Shown here: positions 1 to 9,200 of the stretch, piece after piece
How positions within the stretch are numbered: the first letter of the stretch is position 1
Layout of the letters: every line of letters begins with the position of its first letter
Source: Candidatus Heimdallarchaeota archaeon B3_Heim
GTDB taxonomy: Archaea > Asgardarchaeota > Heimdallarchaeia > Hodarchaeales > Hodarchaeaceae
Length of the DNA stretch: 32,000 bases
Direction of reading: 5' to 3'
Assembly (NCBI GenBank): GCA_003144275.1
Contig: NJBF01000026.1
Span: 29,084-61,083, forward strand
The notes under the pieces: generated by a model
The model's database searches: none
Told to the model about the DNA's origin: nothing
Seen by the model: the letters and a program-made list of their open reading frames with translations, nothing else
Made by a program: the position numbers and the translations under genes

Positions 1-822
1 AGCTATGTGTTTAGAAGAGTCTTGACCCGTAATTTGATCTAACGTCGCGGATGTGTAGTTATCATCCCCTAGGAACTCAACTAATGATAAAATAAAGGTA
101 GTTTTACCCGTCCCGCACTTCCCATCTATAAAAATCATATTCTGAGGACTGTATCGAGGATTTAACAACCAACCTCCTAATTCATATGCGAATTTAATCT
201 TTGCAGGATCCATTACCTCTTTAACAAATTTCTGATATTTAGGAGCCCATTCTCTCTTATTAAAATTGTATGGATAGAAGTTGAGGATATAATGTTCAGG
301 TTTGTGTTTAATTAACTTTAAATCACGCCATTTTTTAATCCTCAATAATTGATTTATATTAATAACCCCGTTTTCTACAGCAATAAATCTTGTATTATTG
401 AATATTTTTCGCTTCTTTTGAAAATTAGGGTCTGCTTTAACCTTATCCGCAATATGACTAATCCAGTTCTCTGTTATTTTTGGCCATATCTTATTTAGCA
501 TCATTTTGATAATATTTTCTCCGTCAGGTCTCCAAATTCTCCCATCAAACCAATAGAGATACCATTTCGAGATATTTTGTTCTTTATTTTCAATAGATAT
601 GAATTTAATTATCTTAGTTATCAGTTTTTCGGCTTCTACTAGACCTTTAGCTCTTGTTGAGGTGTCCTTCAAGCGTTTTCCGATGTATTTTGATTCTACT
701 TCGTAATCTATCTCTAAGTCTGTTTTGTTGTACGGGCCCTTGTAATCTTTATCAATATAGGGGATAAGCCATCGGGGATAGATGATTTTATGTTTTCTAC
801 CCTTTTTTGGTGTCTTTGTCAT
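1..822 (-). CDS. D5/P4-family SF3 helicase of a virus/plasmid replication module (3' end runs off the window)
   Basis: Not in the ORF track. Manual translation from ATG at 822 is open to base 1 (274 codons): MTKTPKKGRKHK...WYLYWFDGRIWRPDGE...FIAVENGVINI...KHKPEHYILNFYPYNF (D5_N-like), then MIFIDGKCGTGKTTFILSLVEFLG (Walker A). Confidence 0.85.
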   Translation of the reverse strand, partial: MTKTPKKGRKHKIIYPRWLIPYIDKDYKGPYNKTDLEIDYEVESKYIGKRLKDTSTRAKGLVEAEKLITKIIKFISIENKEQNISKWYLYWFDGRIWRPDGENIIKMMLNKIWPKITENWISHIADKVKADPNFQKKRKIFNNTRFIAVENGVININQLLRIKKWRDLKLIKHKPEHYILNFYPYNFNKREWAPKYQKFVKEVMDPAKIKFAYELGGWLLNPRYSPQNMIFIDGKCGTGKTTFILSLVEFLGDDNYTSATLDQITGQDSSKHIA

Positions 823-838
823 CGAACACACTCAATTA

Positions 839-1102
839 TCATTCAAATGCTTCTTTCAGCGTTTTTTGACCACTAAAGTGGATTGTGACTTTCCCGTCTT
901 TATTCACTCTGTGCCATCCCCATTTTATATACTGCTTGCAAAGTGGGCAGACCTTTGGGAATTTCCTGTAGGGAAAATAAAGATAATCACAATTAGGGCA
1001 CCAGAGAGCAAATTTTTGATTGTCTTTTCTTAATCCTATATCTATTATTTCCCTTAACCGTCGTCTTAATTCTTTTGGTTTAGGGGTTTTGAATCGTGCC
1101 AT
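839..1102 (-). CDS. small basic Zn-ribbon protein, probably part of the mobile element
   Basis: 87 aa with CPNC...CPLC, Lys/Arg-rich N-terminus; lies 16 nt upstream of and co-directional with the helicase. Confidence 0.65.
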   Translation of the reverse strand: MARFKTPKPKELRRRLREIIDIGLRKDNQKFALWCPNCDYLYFPYRKFPKVCPLCKQYIKWGWHRVNKDGKVTIHFSGQKTLKEAFE

Positions 1103-1191
1103 TTCAGGTTATTTCCTTGTTTTAAATATTATAGATAATATAGGTCTTTCTTCCTATATTAAGTTAGCTCTGGTCTTAGATGGAGCAGACA

Positions 1192-1298
1192 TTTTTTTTT
1201 TTTTAAAAATAAAACGAAAATATTTTCTTCGTATATGTCCATATACCGATATATACGGCCGTATATAGAAATATACGACTAGTATATGATTAATATAC
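1192..1298. repeat. T13/AT-rich tract followed by seven ATATAC/GTATAT hexamers at 10-11 bp spacing, including a perfect 18-bp palindrome
   Basis: T run 1192-1204; hexamers start at 1231(-), 1241(+), 1251(+), 1261(-), 1271(+), 1282(-), 1293(+); TATATACGGCCGTATATA at 1250-1267. Confidence 0.8.
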
Positions 1299-1493
1299 TC
1301 AGACCCTTATAGTTCAGAGATAGAAAAAATGTGATTCGATGGCTTAGTCGTGAAAGAATGAGAAAAGAAGGAATATCCTTATATCACAAAACATCAAGAA
1401 GTAGAAGAGTCATTTAGAAACCTAAAGAAGAATATATTTCTAGGACTAGTGAACTAATCAAATCTTCATAGGAAAATTAAGATCAATATGATC

Positions 1494-2444
1494 TTATTTG
1501 TGATTGCTCTTGATATTAGCTAAAGTTTTTAGTCTCCTTCGGCGGATGACAATGAGTGCCATTACACTTATAGTACACAGAACAGGAATGAGCGTGAGAG
1601 GAGTATCGTCTGTAGTCGTCATGGTCGTTGATGTCAGTGGTGTCGTACGAAAGGCAATGTCCTTAAGATCATTAACAGCGACTCTAACGTGTTTATAAAC
1701 TGACCAGTCCTCAGTTAGAAAAGAATGAGGTACGTTAGGAACGGATATATTATGTGCTCCATCAAGTGGAGAAGAGGTATCTGGGCATAATCCATCATCT
1801 GGACTGTAAATTGATGAATACGAGATATTTCCTAGAATATGGGCACCATTATAAGTTATATTCTCTTCTATCCATATAGGATCAAATCGGATCCCTAAAG
1901 TGTCATTTAATACCCCACCAGGAGTTTCATCACCAACATTTAGAATCAATGCTATTTCTTTCACACCTTCTCTTCCACAATGGTAATTGGGATTACCATG
2001 ATGTGGACTCCCCAAACTCACATAGTCATCAACCGTATCTATTCCATCTAGAAATTTGATATAATAGCGACTACTCATTCCCCCCATACTATGGCCAACA
2101 AGATCAATTTTTTCAGCCCCAGTTTCATTTAAAATATCATCCACCCATTGCTTGATCTTGTGAGCATTGTTGATATTTGCTTGATATGAACAATTAAATT
2201 TATCATCAAAATCATAGGCATAGAGAGCTGTCTTCGGCCTTCCATCTTCTTCGAACCACCTTTTCATGGTATGTCAAACCATAGAGCCCCACTCAGTATA
2301 TCCATGAAGAAATAATATTGGATTCTGGTGTTGTGTTACCCCTTTACTATTCAGTGTACTTACCCTAATACTGTTAAAATAGGATAAGAATAAAATTAAA
2401 TTCAATAATATAAAAGTCGTTTTATTAATTCTCGTCTTTTTCAT
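1494..2444 (-). pseudogene. secreted, C-terminally anchored alpha/beta-hydrolase (lipase/esterase) interrupted by an in-frame TGA at 2274-2276
   Basis: The frame extends from ATG 2444 (signal peptide MKKTRINKTTFIILNLILFLSYF, then PILFLHGY) through one TGA into the tracked ORF with GHSMGG, SPDDG and VPHSF (Ser/Asp/His triad candidates), a Thr-rich linker, a TM helix and RRRR. Confidence 0.8.
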
Positions 2445-3106
2445 ATATTTAACCTCTATTACTTTGTAATTACCCTAACACCAGTAAACCAGGATGTGAT
2501 CAGAATTAAACTAAATACGATTAGTGTTACCAAATTTATTCCTTTCACGTCTAATCCTCTCCGAAGTTGTAAGGACGTGTTATAAGTGGAGTGCTGGTCT
2601 TATGTCTGATGGTTTGTTTATTTAATTGCTTGCGGCTAGTAGATCTAAAATATAGGGGGAAAATCCTTCGCGATATCGCGATAACGCGTTTGTAAACCGT
2701 TATTTTTGATATAACTCTAGGGAATCAATCACCCTCTTATAGCTTCATTAAAGCTTTATACCCTCTTAAAGCTTATAGCTTATTATTGACAATATGACTC
2801 TCCATTTTATAACTATCAACGAAGTATCATGATTCTAATAAGTTATTTGCCCATGTGAAATACAACTCAATCACTGCTAAAGAACAATGGAAAAATACGT
2901 TCAACTTACTTGGTAACATTTCAATGTCGTGAAATAATTCTATAGAAAGGAGAAGTATATACTGGGGTATATACTGAGGAAAGAAGATTCCAGTGGAGCC
3001 TCCTTATTATTTTAATCTCTCTCAGCGGAGTTAGAAAAGTCCAGAAAAAGTTGATATGATTATCAAGGTTCTAAGGTTAAATAGCAAGCTAGCCAAGATT
3101 AAGGTC

Positions 3107-5995
3107 TTATTTTCGAAATATTCTTCGTCTGTAAACATATGCAATTCCAATTGTAAGAATTGCTACTAATGAATAAGTATGATTCCAGTTTACTCCACCT
3201 GATGGCGTATACTCATAAACACCTGATATTGAAGGTGCAAGCATATCAGATCCTGCATATACAACATATATTTCGAAAGGTCCGTTTGTTTGATTGTTAT
3301 ATACAAGCTGGAATTCTCCATTAGTATCAATGACATCAAATACTGAGTCTTGGGAACCCTCATTTGGATCATTGATGTAGATTTTAACAATACGAGCTGA
3401 AAGCGATGAAGAAGATAAAATACTCTGAAGAGAGACACTACTGAGGGTGTTAAGAAGAGACATTGATCCAGTAATTTCCAACTTATCATTTATATAATCT
3501 ACATTGTCTATTTCTAGTGATGTGTGATATAAAAGTCGACTTTCAATTGTAATTCCTCCTAGAGACTTAATTCCTATTTCCTTTTCAGAATTTGTCGTTA
3601 CTGAGGCAGTTCTGTAAGGTGAGATTGGAACTGCGATATCAATAACATCAAAGTAAAGCGTTTGTATATGTGAAACCATTGGAGTTCCGATTTGTACATT
3701 TAATGGCACAGGCATCATTGTTAAAGAGATTTCTATGTTTTCACCCCCGGGAACAGTATGGAATTTATCCACATCACTTAAGTTTTTATTTACAATGAAC
3801 CACTGGTGATAAGGATTAATAAAACTGACATATAGGTCTTTATCCTCAGAAAAAGGATTTTCAATGTTAAATTTAATTTCTCTGGGAGCAAGCATGTTTA
3901 TTAAAGCTGAATATGTAAGACCAAGGTCATATGATAAATTTTCAAGATTGATATCTAATGCATTTAAATAATTTAGATATTCACTCGGTAGTGTTGTTGT
4001 CATACTTGAACCAATACCAGTTTTAATATTACTTGGGACGGTTGGATTGATAGAAGGATCCCAGAGGAAATGAACATTCTCTTGTGCATAATTATTATAT
4101 TGATTAGCAGGAGCTTCGTTGGTAACAGGTAAAACTTCAGCTCTTATGCATGCTCCAAAGTTTTCTATATCGTAAATACCACTTTCTGGATCGATAATTA
4201 TTCCTGCTGGAGTTACAGTCCAGTAGGATGCAAAATCTGCTAAATTCCAATCCCATGTGACATTTAATGATCCTCTTGGAGGTATCTCGTGTGGAAGTCC
4301 ATCTTTAGTAGTAGCATTCGTTCCGATGTGATGCATTCCAACGCCAGTCAGACCAGCACTGAGCTTATAATCATAGAATTTAACTTTTACACCGGTGGCG
4401 GTTTGATCTCCTATATTGGTAACATTTACAACAATTCTATTTGTATCACCAACCTCTGGATAATCCGCTGTAAGGTACAAATCACTAAATGAATATTGCC
4501 ACCAATCATTTTCATCATTATCAATCCAAATATCAGGAGATTCGAACCATTCTGCATTTTTACTTCCCATTGGAGAAATCAGTAAATCTGGACCAATAGG
4601 GGCTTCAGCAATAGTAGAGATATGAGTAATAGTAATTGGATATCCGGTCATACCAGATGGTAGTGTAATTTGAGTACCTACTTCAATATTAATATTGTAA
4701 TTATGTTCAACCAGATTTTCATCATCCCATACATGATCAGTAGAATAAGATCCGGTAGTGTAAAGGATATCAAATTTCTCCTCCATTGTAAAATCTGCTA
4801 CAACAAATTGACCGGTAGCACTATCAACATCCTTCAAGGTAAAAAGTGTATCAGTCTGATCATATAAATAAATTAAAACTCCTTCCATTAATTTTGTATT
4901 ACTATCTTCATCTACCTTTTTGATATATTCAATGTAAAAAGATTTACCAGCGTCTGGTCCACATAATGGTACTTTTATTGATTGATATCCATCATCCCTT
5001 GAATCAATTTCATCAAGATATCTTGGTAATAATGTTACTGTAACAGCTGGATCTACTACATTTGGATGTTTAGGTTGAACTATAAATTGACGAGAATCTA
5101 CAGAGATATATTGTTGACCAGGATCTGCAGCAGTATACCAATTCCCCTGTTCCAAACTATATACTGATAGGCCTGAATGGCGGCCATATGCCATTAATTC
5201 ATACCTACTACGACGAAACCTCTCACCATGAGTATGTTCGAGACCTAAATTATGTCCAATAGAATGTGCTCCAAAACTCCAAAGAAGTTGGTCTGGAACT
5301 TCCCAAGTAAAAGAAGTAGTGATCTCATCTGGAACAATACTAACCATAGGATCTAATGAATTATAACCACTTGAAGATGTAGGACCATCTTTTGTTTGAA
5401 TTCCTGTAAATCTAACATTAGGCCCATCTGTATGTAAAGAAATTAGTGGCTCCGTTTCAACCTCGCTAGGGTGATACCAGATAAAAATTAGATCATAAGT
5501 ATCATCATCGGTCTCTAAGGTTTTAAATGAAAAATCATCCTCATTATGTGCAATAGTTTTATTGATAAGAAATTGAGAGTATTCTTCCTCAGATAAGTCA
5601 TAGCAATCAGAAAACTGTATTGGACACTCTATGTAGTACCATGATGAAGCATACTCACAGTTAAGAATAACATCTCCTGCTGTCACATCCTGCCAATATT
5701 GCATGATGTTTGGCATAACAATGTTTGTTAATATATCGATTTTTTCCACAGCATTAGGTACAGGATTCTCAAAACTTGCAAAAAGAACCGCAACTTTATA
5801 TGTTCGTTGGGGTGAATTTGTTTTTTTAGTAACAGAAGGATAATTTGATAGATCTATCTCTAGATCTTGTTGTAGTATTTCTTGATCAGCATTTTGAAAA
5901 TCTGTTTTTACAATTTTATAATTAACAACTAATCCCCCAGTAAACGATGAAAATAAAAATACACAAAAAAATAATCTAAAAATATTTGTCTTCAT
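3107..5995 (-). CDS. membrane-anchored surface protein with an M6/M11-like metzincin domain (catalytic Glu absent) and Ig/CARDB-like domains
   Basis: Signal peptide; AHSIGHNLGLEH zinc motif plus Met-turn-like YELMAYG; VGDTNRIVVNVTNIGDQTA CARDB-like segment; C-terminal TM helix + RRR. Start placed at ATG 5995, behind GGAGTGAGG, rather than GTG 6004. Confidence 0.75.
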   Translation of the reverse strand: MKTNIFRLFFCVFLFSSFTGGLVVNYKIVKTDFQNADQEILQQDLEIDLSNYPSVTKKTNSPQRTYKVAVLFASFENPVPNAVEKIDILTNIVMPNIMQYWQDVTAGDVILNCEYASSWYYIECPIQFSDCYDLSEEEYSQFLINKTIAHNEDDFSFKTLETDDDTYDLIFIWYHPSEVETEPLISLHTDGPNVRFTGIQTKDGPTSSSGYNSLDPMVSIVPDEITTSFTWEVPDQLLWSFGAHSIGHNLGLEHTHGERFRRSRYELMAYGRHSGLSVYSLEQGNWYTAADPGQQYISVDSRQFIVQPKHPNVVDPAVTVTLLPRYLDEIDSRDDGYQSIKVPLCGPDAGKSFYIEYIKKVDEDSNTKLMEGVLIYLYDQTDTLFTLKDVDSATGQFVVADFTMEEKFDILYTTGSYSTDHVWDDENLVEHNYNINIEVGTQITLPSGMTGYPITITHISTIAEAPIGPDLLISPMGSKNAEWFESPDIWIDNDENDWWQYSFSDLYLTADYPEVGDTNRIVVNVTNIGDQTATGVKVKFYDYKLSAGLTGVGMHHIGTNATTKDGLPHEIPPRGSLNVTWDWNLADFASYWTVTPAGIIIDPESGIYDIENFGACIRAEVLPVTNEAPANQYNNYAQENVHFLWDPSINPTVPSNIKTGIGSSMTTTLPSEYLNYLNALDINLENLSYDLGLTYSALINMLAPREIKFNIENPFSEDKDLYVSFINPYHQWFIVNKNLSDVDKFHTVPGGENIEISLTMMPVPLNVQIGTPMVSHIQTLYFDVIDIAVPISPYRTASVTTNSEKEIGIKSLGGITIESRLLYHTSLEIDNVDYINDKLEITGSMSLLNTLSSVSLQSILSSSSLSARIVKIYINDPNEGSQDSVFDVIDTNGEFQLVYNNQTNGPFEIYVVYAGSDMLAPSISGVYEYTPSGGVNWNHTYSLVAILTIGIAYVYRRRIFRK

Positions 5996-6288
5996 ATTCC
6001 TCACTCCAATTTCTTGGACTCTAACTATTTCCTTTTATCTTCTATTTTAATTAAAAACCATCCAAAGGGGTGATCTTTATCTAATCTGGTAGGTAGGTCA
6101 TTCATAGGGTTTTAAAGCAATACTGAGGTCTTCAATGATTTATAATTATAGCAGATAAATTGGATACATAATTTGGTTTCTTCAAGTATAAAAATTTATT
6201 TACAAATCATTTATTAATTACACTAGGTTTTGTAATATACTTATTTAATTTACAAGTAAATTCCAAAGAGAAGACCGTATTAATTTTA

Positions 6289-9200
6289 TTGAGGGAAGAT
6301 ATCTTGTTTAAGATAACCAAAGAAGGTAAAAACAAAACCATTTTAATACTAGTTTTATTTATTATTGCGGGAAATTCCACGTTTAACAAAGTTACCATCA
6401 TTCATGAAAGTACCTATAGTACTGCTTCATTAGTAAATAGAATTTGTGAAAAAGATACGTTTAACCGAAATCTTACAAAACCTCAATATATACTTACTGA
6501 ACACGTACAATCAAAATTTGAAATATACAACCAGCCTATTTACAACAGAATCAAACGTGAAACTAGTTCAGATTCCTTTTTCCGAGCCGAAGAGTATAGA
6601 AAAAGACATCTTCTTCCCATATCCGATTACAATGGAATATCAACATTTTCGGATCAATCCAGCGCAGTTTATTCTGTGGCATACGGTCCAAATGGAACTA
6701 TTGCAAGTTCAAGTGATGGATTAATTCTAATATGGAATGCTACAACAGGAAGTATCCTAAATTCACTAAGTTACGGTTCTGCAGTACGATCCATATCTTT
6801 CCATCACAATGGAAGTGTTTTAGCCTTTGGAACTGATGATTTCAAAGTGAATCTATGGAATCTTAATACAGATAATGTTAAAACACTAAGTAACCATGCA
6901 GGAGCAATTCATTCTGTTTCATTTAGCCCAAATGGCAGCCTTTTAGCTTCAGGATCCGAAGATTGGACGATAAATCTATGGTATGTTGATGGGACTACAA
7001 CGCCAATCAAAACTTTAATTGGACATTTTGACACTGTATATGCCGTAGATTTTAGTCATAACGATACTGTTTTAATTTCTGGTTCTGCAGATAATGACAT
7101 TAGAATCTGGGATGTTAATACTCCAGTGTCAAGCTCAAAAAAATTATTAACTGGCTTTCATAACGATTCTGTAAGATCGGTCTCTTATAGTCCAACGGGG
7201 GAATATTTTGCCTCAGGAGCAGGATCAGTTGATAAAACTATTAAAATATGGGATGGATTAACAGCTGCATTAGTTGATAATCTAACAGATCATACTGATG
7301 TTATAAGATCAGTTACATTTGATCCTAAGAATGATGAACTGTTAGCATCAGGAAGTCAAGATGGTAAGGTGAATCTTTGGAATATTACAACAGCATCAAA
7401 AATCAAAGAGATGACGGATCATTCAGGTTTTGTATATTCTGTTTCTTTTGACCCAAGCGGAAACCACTTGATTTCTGGGGGAACTGACACAACAGTTAAA
7501 CTCTGGAACCTCAATCTTGGAAATTTAATAGGAAAAATTGATGGACACACAAATTATATTAATTCCATTGCTTTCAGCCCTAATGGTAGTTTACTCGCCT
7601 CAGGATCTGAGGACACAACCGCAAGAATATGGAACACGACAACTGGAGGTCATTTACTAACTTTACCAGATCATATTTCCCCAATTGATACTCTTGCATT
7701 TAGTCCAAATAGTAGTACATTAGCAACTGGTTCACCGGATAATAATGTTATACTTTGGGATTTAAATGATAACGGAAATATTGTACATATTCTAAACCAT
7801 CCTACTGATGTAACATCAGTTGTTTTTCATCCAAATGGTTCCATTTTAGCCTCAAGTTTGATTAACAGTAATATATCTCTTTGGAACATTAATACAGGAG
7901 AATTAATTTGCAATTTACCAGGGAATACTGATGAAATCCATTCTTTAACCTTTAATCAAGATGGAAACCACTTAGTTGCTGGATTACGCGATGGTTCAAT
8001 AAATATATGGGACGTTGAAACACGATCAATATTAACAAGCTTAACCAATCATAGTGATTCAGTTGTTTCTCTTGCTTTTAGTTCTAATGCGCAATATTTT
8101 GCTTCTGGTTCTAAAGATTCAAGTATTTTAGTTTGGAATGCTTCTACGTTTGAAATAATTTACAATTTAACTGGCCATTCTGCTGAAATAAAATCTGTGA
8201 TATTTAGTCCTGATGGAAGTGCATTAGCTTCGTGTGCCGATGATCAAACTATTCAAGTATGGGATATGGTAGATGGTAGTCGAATTAGGACAATGAATGA
8301 TCCAAATAATGCAACTTCAGTTGCTTTTAATCTAAATGGGAATATATTAGCCTCTGGAAATCGTCTATCAACAGCAATCAAATTATGGAATTCAAGCATT
8401 TCTCTTCTTAGTTTTGACAATTTTTCTTCATCATTAGTCAAATATAATTCAGATTTAAATTTTAAAAAAGAACCACAGTGTGAACTGTCTGCAGGATGGA
8501 ATACAACTTCTCTTACAATCGTACATAATTCTAGCTCATTTAGAACACCATCATCCTTTGACCCATATAGATTGTTTATCAAAACAAAATTCTTAGGAAG
8601 AGAAATCGCAAGAGATTATAATTTATTCATAATATCAACTTTTACTGATTATGATGGAGATGGTTTGCCCAATTCATGGGAAAAAATACATTCTACAGAT
8701 CTCTTAGTGAATGACGCCAGTGATGACATAGACAACGACTATCTTTCAAATTTAGGAGAGTTTCAAGCTCAAACTGATCCAAACAATAGAGATTCGGACA
8801 ACGATGGGTGGTTTGATGGATCAGAAGTTTCAAATTCATCAAATCCGCTAGTAAATAACTCTGCTCCTTTTATTACATGGCCTGAATCTCTAAAGACATT
8901 AAATAATTCAGCTACAAACATTTCTAATCAAAGTTGGCAAGTTAACACAACTAATGCAAAATCAATTGATATTTGGGTAAATGATAATTATACAGAGACA
9001 GTTATTTATCCTTTCATCTGGAATGTAACATTAATCGAAGAATTGAATAATTTAACATATATAGCTTATTATGATGTTCCTGTGAATTATAATAAGACTG
9101 TATTCTTAATTACATTAGATTCTACTGCACCAACGATTAATCTTGTTAATCCATTGACTGAAGATGCAGTACTTAATAGTAAAAGCACAATTACTATAAA

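Noticed and set aside
782-1268. Plus-strand ORFs 782-1033 and 1020-1268
   Set aside because: They are antisense shadows of the Zn-ribbon/helicase genes and the repeat region, with no motifs.
2274-2276. TGA recoded as Trp or selenocysteine
   Set aside because: TGA is the normal stop for pan, satD, btuR, the transposase and the Zn-ribbon gene in this window, and the expected residue is Trp rather than Cys.
1103-3106. Attachment site for the left-hand element
   Set aside because: No duplicated tRNA 3' end or convincing att-like repeat was found by eye; the partner site would lie outside the window.
6640-8400. DNA-level tandem repeat or recent amplification in the WD40 region
   Set aside because: The repeats are clearly diverged at nucleotide level; the periodicity is explained by the protein repeat.
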